This document shows positions 8,973 to 18,295 of a DNA stretch of 64,000 nt, one piece after another. Position numbers and translations under genes: made by a program. Below the pieces are notes generated by a model. The model made no database searches and had not been told where the DNA came from. It saw only the letters and a program-made list of their open reading frames with translations. The stretch's first letter is position 1; every line of letters starts with the position of its first letter. The stretch lies in sequence record NC_023568.1; one strand, 5' to 3'.

Positions 8973-9506
8973 ATGGGATTACCATCAACTGGTCCAATAT
9001 CACTTAATGATGTTCGAATCGAGTTGGACAGACCTAGCGGGGCTATCTCGCTAGGTGATGCAGATGTGCGCGACCTAGCAGAGAGACCTAGCGGGTCGAT
9101 ATCAATGGGAGATCTTAGAGGTAAATCTGCATTCTCGCATACTATAGTTCGAGGGTTGTTATATCGTTTTGGTGAACCTCGTTCTTCTGGTTGGGGTTAT
9201 GCGAAAAATAGTCCGAACTTCGAAAACGCAGGTTCGTTGACTCCTACTACTATTGGTGGTAGAAGTGTAACTGACATAGCATATAGCGAAGACCAAATAT
9301 CGACTGAATCGTTCATTGCATTGTCTTCTGATCTAACACAATCAACACTACGAGTTACAACTGAAAGTGGTACTGTGTTTATATTCAGTCATCGCTCGCC
9401 GTCAAAGCGTTTTTACGAGTTGACATCTAACAATGAATCACAATGGAAGAGTTTCTTATCGACTGCGGTAGGGTCTTCGGCTAAAATTAACATCGAATAT
9501 TATTAA
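8973..9506 (+). CDS. late, probably virion/fibre-tip-associated protein
   Basis: N-terminal LPSTGPISL...ISMGDLRGKS motif typical of fibre-binding adhesin-like proteins; late promoter. Confidence 0.55.
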   Translation: MGLPSTGPISLNDVRIELDRPSGAISLGDADVRDLAERPSGSISMGDLRGKSAFSHTIVRGLLYRFGEPRSSGWGYAKNSPNFENAGSLTPTTIGGRSVTDIAYSEDQISTESFIALSSDLTQSTLRVTTESGTVFIFSHRSPSKRFYELTSNNESQWKSFLSTAVGSSAKINIEYY

Positions 9507-9570
9507 AAAAAAGCTTGCAATGTGAGAAAAAGAATAATATAATGTATTCATTCAATAAGAGGAAGACATT

Positions 9571-10074
9571 ATGAAAAAACTTACTGCACTATCACTATTG
9601 CTTTTATCTAGCGTTGCAAGCGCAAATGCATCTACTAACGAACAGACTACGTTCATTGACGATGTTCAGGTTCGATTAGGTGGATGGTCTTATCACCTTT
9701 CAGGTGACGGATATTGTCCTGATTTAGCAGATAAATGTAAAACGTCTGTTTTTAAAGAGTACAATGAAACAAACAATGCAATTGGTGTTAGATATAAAAA
9801 TTGGGAAGTTATGACTTTAGAAAACAGCTTCTATGAGCGTAGTTTTGTTGCAGGTTATCACTTCACATACACACCAAGTAAAGAAATTGACTATGATTTA
9901 TTTCTTGGTCTAGCGACTGGTTATACTGAAGTTTATGATCTCGGTATTCTACCTGCGATTCAGCCATCAGTTACTTATTGGGCTACTGATAACTTAGGTG
10001 CAGAGCTTGGGTTGTTGATGGGTTCTGATATCTGGGTGCCAGTCGTAACTATGTCATTTAAAGCTCGTTTTTAA
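9571..10074 (+). CDS. outer-membrane beta-barrel protein (PagP-like fold)
   Basis: signal peptide, amphipathic strands, YNETNNAIG and ENSFYERS motifs, C-terminal Phe; TTGCAA-17-TATAAT promoter. Confidence 0.6.
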   Translation: MKKLTALSLLLLSSVASANASTNEQTTFIDDVQVRLGGWSYHLSGDGYCPDLADKCKTSVFKEYNETNNAIGVRYKNWEVMTLENSFYERSFVAGYHFTYTPSKEIDYDLFLGLATGYTEVYDLGILPAIQPSVTYWATDNLGAELGLLMGSDIWVPVVTMSFKARF

Positions 10075-10131
10075 TGGCACTTACACTCGAACATTCGAGA
10101 AACTTTAACAGCATAAAATGGGAGCCATACA

Positions 10132-11625
10132 ATGCTTAATCTTAATCAAAATATCGCAATCGCAACAGACAGCTACAAAGTTTCACACTGGTCTCAATTC
10201 CCTCGTGGTTTAGAGTACAGTCAATATTACGTTGAAAGCCGGGGCGGCAAGTTCGACAAAATTATGATCGATGGTATGGCATACATGTGTCGTATTCTCG
10301 AAAAAGGTGTTGCAATGAACGATGTCAAGCGTGCGAAACGTCTGTTCAAAAAGCACTTCGGTTCTGAAGTCTTCAATGACAAGGGTTGGGAAATCATCGT
10401 TAACGAACTGAACGGCAAACTGCCTATTAAGATTCGTGCGGTAAAAGAAGGTACTGTAGTACCAGTTAAGCACCCTATCTTGACGATTGAGAACACAGAT
10501 CCACGTTTCGGTTGGCTACCTGGTTATCTTGAAACGTTTATCTTACGTGCGATTTGGTACCCGACAACTGTAGCAACGATCTCGTTCGAAGTGAAGAAAA
10601 TCATTCGTGAATTCATGAAGAAAACGGTTGATGATGAACGCATTGCAGAACAAGAGCCGTTTAAACTTCACGACTTCGGTTCTCGTGGTGTGTCAAGTGG
10701 CGAATCAGCAGCTATTGGCGGCGCAGCTCACTTGAAAAACTTCTTGGGAACTGACAATGTAGAAGCACTTGTTGCAGTTGAAGAGCTTTACGCTGAAGAT
10801 GTTGAAGACTTCATTGCGGGATTCTCTATCCCTGCACGTGAACATTCAACAACTACAATCTACAAAGAATTTGGCGAAGATCAAGCATTCTTGAACTCTA
10901 TCGAGCAATGGGGCGCAGCTCTATACGCTTGTGTAATGGACAGCTACGACTACGAAGCAGCAATGAATCGTGTCTCAACTGGTCGTTTCAAAGAGCTAAT
11001 CATCAGTAAAGGCGGTACGTTTGTTGCTCGTCCTGACTCTGGTGTACCAGTAGATGTAGTAATGAAAGGTCTTGAGATTCTTGGTAAGAACGTTGGTTAC
11101 ACAATCAACAGCAAGGGTTACAAAGTTCTACACCCTAGTTACCGTATCATTCAAGGCGACGGCGTGAACATCGAAGAAATTCGTCGAATTCTATCTTACA
11201 TGGAAAGTAAAGGTTGGTCGGCAGAAAACATTGCATTCGGTATGGGTGGTGGTTTGCTTCAGCAACTTGACCGTGATACTCAACGTTTTGCAATGAAAAT
11301 GTCAGCGGCGATCATCAACGGCGAATACGTTAGTGTGTTCAAAATGCCGAAGACTGACCCAACAAAAGCATCAAAAGCAGGTTTCTTAGATTTGATTGCA
11401 GTCGATGCAGAAAATCCGAACCCAGCAGCTCGTGGTTACGTGACGTTCTCTACTGAAGATTACGACAATCGCGTACACCCTCAGAGCGTGATGCAGACAA
11501 TCTTCGAAAACGGTGTAACAGTTGCTGACTTCTCACTTGAAGAAGCTCGTAAACTGTCTGACGTGCAAGCTGATTTTATCAACGAAGGTGAATGGAAAAT
11601 CGCCAAGAAGATTCGAACAGCGTAA
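10132..11625 (+). CDS. nadV: nicotinamide phosphoribosyltransferase (NAD salvage)
   Basis: TDSYKVSH, LHDFGSRG, RPDSG, IIQGDG, FGMGGGLLQ motifs. Confidence 0.95.
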   Translation: MLNLNQNIAIATDSYKVSHWSQFPRGLEYSQYYVESRGGKFDKIMIDGMAYMCRILEKGVAMNDVKRAKRLFKKHFGSEVFNDKGWEIIVNELNGKLPIKIRAVKEGTVVPVKHPILTIENTDPRFGWLPGYLETFILRAIWYPTTVATISFEVKKIIREFMKKTVDDERIAEQEPFKLHDFGSRGVSSGESAAIGGAAHLKNFLGTDNVEALVAVEELYAEDVEDFIAGFSIPAREHSTTTIYKEFGEDQAFLNSIEQWGAALYACVMDSYDYEAAMNRVSTGRFKELIISKGGTFVARPDSGVPVDVVMKGLEILGKNVGYTINSKGYKVLHPSYRIIQGDGVNIEEIRRILSYMESKGWSAENIAFGMGGGLLQQLDRDTQRFAMKMSAAIINGEYVSVFKMPKTDPTKASKAGFLDLIAVDAENPNPAARGYVTFSTEDYDNRVHPQSVMQTIFENGVTVADFSLEEARKLSDVQADFINEGEWKIAKKIRTA

Positions 11626-11732
11626 AACGTGACATTGATCACTAAAAATCGTAAATTTAGGGTTGCTTCGGCAACCCTTTTTTTGTATTATATCTACATC
11701 GAAACGAGATACGAAAACAAAGAGAGAACATT

Positions 11733-12059
11733 ATGCAACTAACTACTAACATGACTAAAGCTCAAAAAACTAAAGTTGTTGAAGGTTTCAACTTCGAGCG
11801 CGAAACAAATCAAGGTCAATATAAGTTTCGTAACGGTTCTTATGCTATGGAAGGTTCAGATGTCGCTCGTCGATTCAATCTAATTTCAACTATCGTGACT
11901 GGTAAGCCAGCTATTATCGCTGAAGCGACAGTTGCTGATTTCGACCGCATTATTCTTATGCAAACAATGACAGATCAATTCTTAACAATGAGTGCAGGTG
12001 CTGCTTCTCTTGAAGAATCTAACGAATTTGGTAAAAAGGTGCTTGCACACTTCGCTTAA
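11733..12059 (+). CDS. hypothetical early protein
   Basis: promoter hairpin 11659-11690, TACATCGAAACGA leader, GAGAGAACATT. Confidence 0.75.
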   Translation: MQLTTNMTKAQKTKVVEGFNFERETNQGQYKFRNGSYAMEGSDVARRFNLISTIVTGKPAIIAEATVADFDRIILMQTMTDQFLTMSAGAASLEESNEFGKKVLAHFA

Positions 12060-12111
12060 TTCAATTAGAATACTTACATCAACTTAAAATCGCTCAAATG
12101 GAGACAAAATA

Positions 12112-13341
12112 ATGGGTTCATTCAACACAACTTGCGCAATCTCACGTACACCTATTCTAGAAGGTCAGAAAGCGCGTGTGTTCTTCTTAGTCATGGACAC
12201 GTTTGATCAACATTACAACTTGCGCTCGAAATCGCTCTACAGCAATGTTCTAATGGGAAGTAAGTGTTACCCGTGGGATACGTTTAAAGTCATTGGTTAC
12301 CCGCTTCTAGCTAAGTATGCTGATTACAACAATTACGAATTCGAAGACGCTGATATGGAATCGTTGACGCTCAAGGCGATTAACAACATTTATATGCCGA
12401 ATCGTGTTCCAGAAGGGAAGTCGCTTGACGACTACAACGAATATCACGATTACATGGAAATTGATGAAATCGAAGATATGAATCAACTTCAAGACATGGA
12501 ACATAGCGGTGCGTTGCGTGTGAAAACGTGTCACGGCGTTAGTCTGATTGCGAAAATGGCAATTCACGAAGAGATTTATCAGCAAATGATTCTCGATGGT
12601 ACGTATACTACGGGTTGGGGTGAAGACGCGAAGACATACACGTTTACAGAAGAAGTTGACGAATTTGTAGCGAAATATTCAAAATCTACATCTAATCTTG
12701 AAATGATTTCAGCTCGTGGTAGACTTCAAATCGAACGTGCGCGTATTGAACTTGAAAAAGACGATACGAAAACAGAAGAAGAGAAGAAAGAAATCATTGA
12801 TAGTTTAATCGAACTGCAAGTTGACATGGTTAAATTTGATACGCAGTTCGAACGCTCGGAATGGTTGACTGAAACTCACCCGATTGTTGACATGAAAGAA
12901 AACGATTTCGGTCAAAAGATTGCTGAAGCATATATCGGTGGTAAATGGACGTCTCGCTTCTTCTTGGCGAATAACCTTGAATTTATGCCTGCTATGACTT
13001 CTGGTCAATGTCACGACATGTGTGCAGACGCTGAACGTCTTCGTAAAATGGCAGACATCATCGAAGATCTACAACCAGATTGGTATTTTGAAGAATCAGT
13101 TCAACTCAAAGTCGAGCGTACAACTCGCCTGACTCTACGCCGCGAAGATCTGCACGAGAAGTTCAGCGATTGGTATGACGAAGATGACCAAGAATATCAA
13201 GATTATCTTGCTGCCGTTGAATATATGAATGAACAAAGCAGTTTCACAGTCGGTGATAAGAACTGTAAAATGGCTCAATTCATCGAAGAATACGATGTGC
13301 TACGTGATGTAGACGACGGTCAAGTAATTAATTTCAACTAA
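12112..13341 (+). CDS. hypothetical acidic protein (409 aa)
   Basis: GGAG RBS; long ORF beginning MGSFNTTC. Confidence 0.8.
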   Translation: MGSFNTTCAISRTPILEGQKARVFFLVMDTFDQHYNLRSKSLYSNVLMGSKCYPWDTFKVIGYPLLAKYADYNNYEFEDADMESLTLKAINNIYMPNRVPEGKSLDDYNEYHDYMEIDEIEDMNQLQDMEHSGALRVKTCHGVSLIAKMAIHEEIYQQMILDGTYTTGWGEDAKTYTFTEEVDEFVAKYSKSTSNLEMISARGRLQIERARIELEKDDTKTEEEKKEIIDSLIELQVDMVKFDTQFERSEWLTETHPIVDMKENDFGQKIAEAYIGGKWTSRFFLANNLEFMPAMTSGQCHDMCADAERLRKMADIIEDLQPDWYFEESVQLKVERTTRLTLRREDLHEKFSDWYDEDDQEYQDYLAAVEYMNEQSSFTVGDKNCKMAQFIEEYDVLRDVDDGQVINFN

Positions 13342-13405
13342 ATAGTTGACAACAACGTTGAGTGGCTGTAATATGTCACTCAACAACTAACGAGAGAACA
13401 ATATC

Positions 13406-13666
13406 ATGAAAGATGAAGTAACTCTTCACATTAAAAATCATTGGCTACATCGCCGCGCATATGTAGTGCTTCACCAAAAGCCAATGAAATTCAGAAAGAA
13501 AGCATTAGCAGAGTGGGAAGAAAAACGCAGTGAATTCTGGTACGTTATTCAACGTCTTAACCCTGAATTTTTTGCTCAGTGCCCCGAAGGCATGCAACCG
13601 TACTTGACTTGCGTACCAACAGGGAACAATAACACACAATACTTCTACATCAAATTTGACAAATAA
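13406..13666 (+). CDS. hypothetical early protein
   Basis: TTGACA promoter and GAGAGAAC leader. Confidence 0.7.
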   Translation: MKDEVTLHIKNHWLHRRAYVVLHQKPMKFRKKALAEWEEKRSEFWYVIQRLNPEFFAQCPEGMQPYLTCVPTGNNNTQYFYIKFDK

Positions 13667-13677
13667 GAGAGAACATC

Positions 13678-14397
13678 ATGAAAAAACTAATCGCAATCGC
13701 AGCACTAGCAGCATCAGTGGTAATGACTGGTTGTACTGACACTATTGACACTGCATCAACAGATCGTTTAGACGCGGCAAAACCCGTGCTATCTCAAACT
13801 GAAAAAGACATGCTGAACGTGTTTGCTGCGCCGAGTTTTCTAAGTCGTTATGATAACGTGTACGTTGAAATCGTTAAGAATCGAGTACATTTCGGTCAAG
13901 ATCCAACGCCTCGTTCAGATGCTGAAGTACCGTTCTGTGATGTCATTGACTCTGTAATTGCAGCAGAGCGTGAGCATGGTATGCTCGAACGAGACTACAC
14001 GTTGAGCAATCAATGGAAACTGAAGTACGGCATCCCGTTGGTTGAGCAATGTAATAAATCTGACCGCGCTCGAATTGCAATGCAAATCAAACTTGCGAAA
14101 GAAGAAGCCGAAGAAATCAAAGATCGCGTCGTAATCGAAGAACAAGAATTCAGCAAGAAAGAAATCAAAGCTGAAAAAGTAATTGAAGAGTCTGTAGTGA
14201 TTAATGACGATGTGCTTCTATCACCTGAGCTTGTTCGTGACCTACGTGGTTCAGTTAAAGACTGTAATCGAGCTAAGGTGAAACTAATGAGCGTAGTCGA
14301 TGCTGGTGAACCACTAACAACCAAGCATTATGATGAAGTCAAAGGTCTAGTTCTACAGTGTGAAATGCTCAAGTTAGAAGTTGAAATCAACAAATAA
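13678..14397 (+). CDS. predicted lipoprotein, paralogue of 7453-8154
   Basis: lipobox MTGC; PFCDVI, SNQW, EQCN, DCNRAK motifs shared. Confidence 0.8.
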   Translation: MKKLIAIAALAASVVMTGCTDTIDTASTDRLDAAKPVLSQTEKDMLNVFAAPSFLSRYDNVYVEIVKNRVHFGQDPTPRSDAEVPFCDVIDSVIAAEREHGMLERDYTLSNQWKLKYGIPLVEQCNKSDRARIAMQIKLAKEEAEEIKDRVVIEEQEFSKKEIKAEKVIEESVVINDDVLLSPELVRDLRGSVKDCNRAKVKLMSVVDAGEPLTTKHYDEVKGLVLQCEMLKLEVEINK

Positions 14398-14412
14398 TGT
14401 GACTTGAATCAC

Positions 14413-14439
14413 AAAAAGCCCCTTAATTGGGGCTTTTTT
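14413..14439 (+). terminator. rho-independent terminator
   Basis: AGCCCC ttaatt GGGGCT + T run. Confidence 0.85.
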
Positions 14440-14525
14440 CGTTTTAGTGGTTGCATGATAATCAATAAAACCCTATTATTACTACATCGAAACGAGATTA
14501 CATTTTAATAATTGGAGATTATATT

Positions 14526-15032
14526 ATGTTTTACAAATTTACTAACGAAAAGAAAGTAGTCACTAAAACTCGCCCACTACGTGTAAATGATAAAGTTTCA
14601 ATCGTTTTTGAATCAGGTCGTGTAGACGAAAATATGATTAAAGTTCATAGTGACTCAACTTTAAATTCAGCCACGTTTGTCTCGACAGATACAGGTCATG
14701 CATTGTCTGTAGTTGACGGTCTTACTACTACAGGAGCAGAAGTCTCACATTATCTAACTGAGTGGGGTGGTCGTGAGTGCATTGTTGATAAAAACACGCT
14801 TACGTTCGAATACGAAACTACTAAAAACACGCGAGTTAAAGTTCCCTTTCAATCAGGTGAATTTATCAAAGCATGGGTTAATGATGAATACGTTGATGTG
14901 CAAGTTCTGTATGCGTCAGATCGAAAGCTGGTAATCATTGATTTTGAATCTGAAGATGAAGATGTATATGAAATCGAACCAGATCATATGCCAAGCGGTT
15001 TTGAATTTGAATTTGAAGTAACGTATGAATAA
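14526..15032 (+). CDS. hypothetical early protein
   Basis: leader TACATCGAAACGA at 14483; GGAG RBS. Confidence 0.75.
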   Translation: MFYKFTNEKKVVTKTRPLRVNDKVSIVFESGRVDENMIKVHSDSTLNSATFVSTDTGHALSVVDGLTTTGAEVSHYLTEWGGRECIVDKNTLTFEYETTKNTRVKVPFQSGEFIKAWVNDEYVDVQVLYASDRKLVIIDFESEDEDVYEIEPDHMPSGFEFEFEVTYE

Positions 15033-15060
15033 AAAAAGGGAGCGATTAGCTCCCCTTTTC
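15031..15060. terminator. bidirectional terminator between convergent genes
   Basis: A run, GGGAGC/GCTCCC stem, T run. Confidence 0.75.
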
Positions 15061-15276
15061 GTTCTTTTGCATTAAAGCATTCAGTGATTTTAATGATTTG
15101 ATTTCAGGTGCTTGAGGTCGTAAGTCTTCAAGAATATGAATAACTGACTCAAGTGGTAATTCGTGTTCGACTATTTCACGCGGTAATACGTGCTTATACA
15201 CGCAATCATCACCCCAATCAATGACAACAACCTGTTCCCATTTATCAATTGCGAGAATATTGAAATTTGCTTTCAT
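15046..15276 (-). CDS. hypothetical protein (lone - strand gene)
   Basis: GAGAG RBS; late-promoter-like GATAAAATA upstream. Confidence 0.55.
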   Translation of the reverse strand: MKANFNILAIDKWEQVVVIDWGDDCVYKHVLPREIVEHELPLESVIHILEDLRPQAPEIKSLKSLNALMQKNEKGS

Positions 15277-15344
15277 AAAATGTTGACTCTCATTGTGTTA
15301 TTGTGTAAAATGTATTTTATCGCAAGTAAGAAAGGTATTAAACA

Positions 15345-15548
15345 ATGCGTCTACTTTCACAAGACTTAGTGCGCTTGCGTGTTGAAGAACTTCCCTTTGT
15401 TAAATTAAGTGTTGAACAGCAGATTAAAATATGCGATTATCTCAACACGCTCGATGACGAGACTATCTATACTTTAGAGAAGCACACTGAAACATCAGCA
15501 GGTGCTCGTAAACTATTAAAATTTCTTTTAAAGAAAATTGGAGATTAA
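15345..15548 (+). CDS. hypothetical protein
   Basis: AAGG RBS; ORF track. Confidence 0.65.
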   Translation: MRLLSQDLVRLRVEELPFVKLSVEQQIKICDYLNTLDDETIYTLEKHTETSAGARKLLKFLLKKIGD

Positions 15549-15551
15549 ATT

Positions 15552-16028
15552 ATGCCATATGAATCAGTTTTTAACGGTACGAATCGTTACAAAGTTCTAC
15601 GTGAAGGTCGTGAATACATCAACAAAGTTGCTCATCGACATGGTGCAGTAGACAAAGGTATTTACGTCACGATGGACTATCATGTGATTGATCGAATCAT
15701 GGATCACTCTTTCCCTGCACGTGTGTTTGAAATTATCGTAGGTCGATTGATTAAAAATCACCAAGATGAAATCTTAAAAATTGCTAACATGCCTGCAAGC
15801 GAAAGACCGAAGCATATCAACGTATACGGTAATAAGCCTGATTCACCGTACATGATTGGCATTACAATCAATAAAGCTCAGACAGGTAAAGTTTATGTAA
15901 ACTTGAGAACGTGTTATAAAGAACGTAACAGCAAATACCGTCAACGAATCATCGAAGCATACAAGATTCGAGTGAAATCATCTGAAGATCTTGAACAAGC
16001 TGAAAGTGAGGTTGATTCAGATCAATAA
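15552..16028 (+). CDS. hypothetical protein
   Basis: GGAG RBS; ORF track. Confidence 0.7.
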   Translation: MPYESVFNGTNRYKVLREGREYINKVAHRHGAVDKGIYVTMDYHVIDRIMDHSFPARVFEIIVGRLIKNHQDEILKIANMPASERPKHINVYGNKPDSPYMIGITINKAQTGKVYVNLRTCYKERNSKYRQRIIEAYKIRVKSSEDLEQAESEVDSDQ

Positions 16029-16060
16029 ATAGAAAACAATTAACAAACGAGGGAATTTTG

Positions 16061-18286
16061 ATGCTTGTAGTGAAGTCTTCTGGCATTACAGAAGAATTTG
16101 AAGAAAGTAAATTGATGCGTGTTTTATCAGATGCATGTGAAAACACCAAAATAAATCCACATCAATTACTTGACCGCGTTATAGCTCAACTTAGCGACGG
16201 TATGACGAGCAAAGACATTCAAAAGGCAGCGATTAAGATCGCTGCCGATAGCATTTCAGTAGACGAGCCAGACTATCAATATGTCGCGGCTCGTCTTGCT
16301 ATGTATGGTCTTCGCAAAGATGTATATGGTCAGTTCGACCCTATCCCATTCAAACAATTAATCGAACGAAACACTGCGATTGAAGTTTACGACTCTGAGA
16401 TTCTTCAGAAATGGTCAGATGATGAACTTGAATATCTAGAATCGCAAGTGAAACACGAGCGCGACTTTGAATTTGCATACGCTGGCGTAATGCAGTTGAA
16501 AGAAAAGTACCTATGTAAAAACCGCGGTACTGGCGCAATCTATGAAACACCTCAGTATGCTTACATGCTCATTGCAATGTGTCTTCATCAAGAAGAGAAA
16601 TATGACCGCATTAAGCACGTCGTTGACTTCTACAATGCAGTTTCGACTCACAAACTTTCATTACCGACACCGATTATGGCAGGCGTTCGTACCCCGACAC
16701 GCCAGTTTAGTTCGTGTGTTAAGATTGAATCAGGCGACTCTTTGCATTCAATCAATGAAGTGGCTAAATCAATTGTAAGTTACATTAGTAAGCGTGCAGG
16801 TATCGGTGTTAACGGCGGTGCGATTCGTGCTGAAGGGGCAGTCGTTCGTTCAGGTGAGATTCGTCACACTGGTGTAATTCCATTCTGGAAACACTTTCAA
16901 ACTGCGGTTAAATCGTGTTCTCAAGGTGGTGTACGTGGGGGTGCTGCGACTCTAACTTACCCGATTTGGCACTTAGAAGTTGAAAAACTGTTAGTTCTGA
17001 AGAACAACAAAGGTGTTGAAGAAAACCGTATTCGTCATCTTGACTACAGTGTATCAATCAGTCGATTGATGCTTGAGCGTCTTGTGAATAACGATTACAT
17101 CACGCTATTCAGTCCTGACGAACGTCATGGTGCTCTATATGGTGAATATCACACAAACCCAGAGCAATTCGAAAAACTTTACCTAGAACTTGAAGCTGAC
17201 CCGAATGTGCGTAAAAAGCGCATCAAAGCAACTGAGCTATTCAGTATGTTTGGTCAAGAGCGTAACGGCACTGGTCGTATCTACCCGATCTTTGTTGATA
17301 ACTTGAATGCTCAATCACCGTACATCGAAGCAATCAAGCAATCAAACTTGTGTATGGAAATCGCTCTTCCTACGTACCCGTTAGGTTCAGCAGATGAAGA
17401 GATTGCACTGTGTACGCTTGCTGCATACAACTTAGGTGCTATCGAATCGCCTAGTGAGTTTGCTCATCTTGCACCGATCATCATTCGTGCGCTTGATAAT
17501 CTACTAGATTACCAAGATTACCCTGTGAAAGCAGCGGAAAAGGCGAAATATCGTCGTGCTCTAGGTGTTGGTATAACTAACTTTGCTTATTTCTTAGCGA
17601 AGAACTTTGTTGGTTACGATGATTCAGCTAAGTATCTCGTGCATGAGTGGATGGAAGCAATGTCTTACTACAACATTCAAGCATCGATGATGTTAGCGAA
17701 AGAACGAGGGCCGAACAAGTGGCATCGTAAGACTCGATGGGCTCAAGGTAAATTACCGATTGACTGGTACAATAAAAATGTTGATAAGCTTGTCAAGCCG
17801 AATTATAATTTAGATTGGGAAGCACTTCGCGCTGACGTAATTCGTTACGGTATGCGAAATGACACCACTTCAGCTTTCATGCCTTGTGAAAGTAGCTCTC
17901 AGATTAGCAACAGCACAAACGGCATTGAACCGCCGCGTGCTCTAGTCTCGACTAAGCAATCAAAAGACGGTGTATTCAACCAAGTTGTACCTGAAGTTGA
18001 TTTACTGAAAGATGAATACGGTCTAGCATGGAAAGCATGTGGTAAAGACAACTTCGGTTATTTGACTCTTGTAGCAATCATGCAGAAGTTTGTAGACCAG
18101 AGTATTTCAGCGAATGAATACTACGACCCGTCCCAAGTTGCTAACGGTAAGATCGCAATGGAACGAATCTTCGAAGAGCTTGCGTTCTGTAGTCACTACG
18201 GTATCAAAACGCTTTATTATTCTAACACTCGCGACGGTGCTGACGGCAACGAAGGCGATGAAGACTGTGATGGTTGTAAAGTTTAA
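16061..18286 (+). CDS. nrdA: ribonucleotide reductase class Ia alpha subunit
   Basis: ATP cone, TPIMAG, QFSSC, SNLCME, C-terminal CDGC redox pair; uninterrupted. Confidence 0.97.
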   Translation: MLVVKSSGITEEFEESKLMRVLSDACENTKINPHQLLDRVIAQLSDGMTSKDIQKAAIKIAADSISVDEPDYQYVAARLAMYGLRKDVYGQFDPIPFKQLIERNTAIEVYDSEILQKWSDDELEYLESQVKHERDFEFAYAGVMQLKEKYLCKNRGTGAIYETPQYAYMLIAMCLHQEEKYDRIKHVVDFYNAVSTHKLSLPTPIMAGVRTPTRQFSSCVKIESGDSLHSINEVAKSIVSYISKRAGIGVNGGAIRAEGAVVRSGEIRHTGVIPFWKHFQTAVKSCSQGGVRGGAATLTYPIWHLEVEKLLVLKNNKGVEENRIRHLDYSVSISRLMLERLVNNDYITLFSPDERHGALYGEYHTNPEQFEKLYLELEADPNVRKKRIKATELFSMFGQERNGTGRIYPIFVDNLNAQSPYIEAIKQSNLCMEIALPTYPLGSADEEIALCTLAAYNLGAIESPSEFAHLAPIIIRALDNLLDYQDYPVKAAEKAKYRRALGVGITNFAYFLAKNFVGYDDSAKYLVHEWMEAMSYYNIQASMMLAKERGPNKWHRKTRWAQGKLPIDWYNKNVDKLVKPNYNLDWEALRADVIRYGMRNDTTSAFMPCESSSQISNSTNGIEPPRALVSTKQSKDGVFNQVVPEVDLLKDEYGLAWKACGKDNFGYLTLVAIMQKFVDQSISANEYYDPSQVANGKIAMERIFEELAFCSHYGIKTLYYSNTRDGADGNEGDEDCDGCKV

Positions 18287-18295
18287 AGGTAGATA

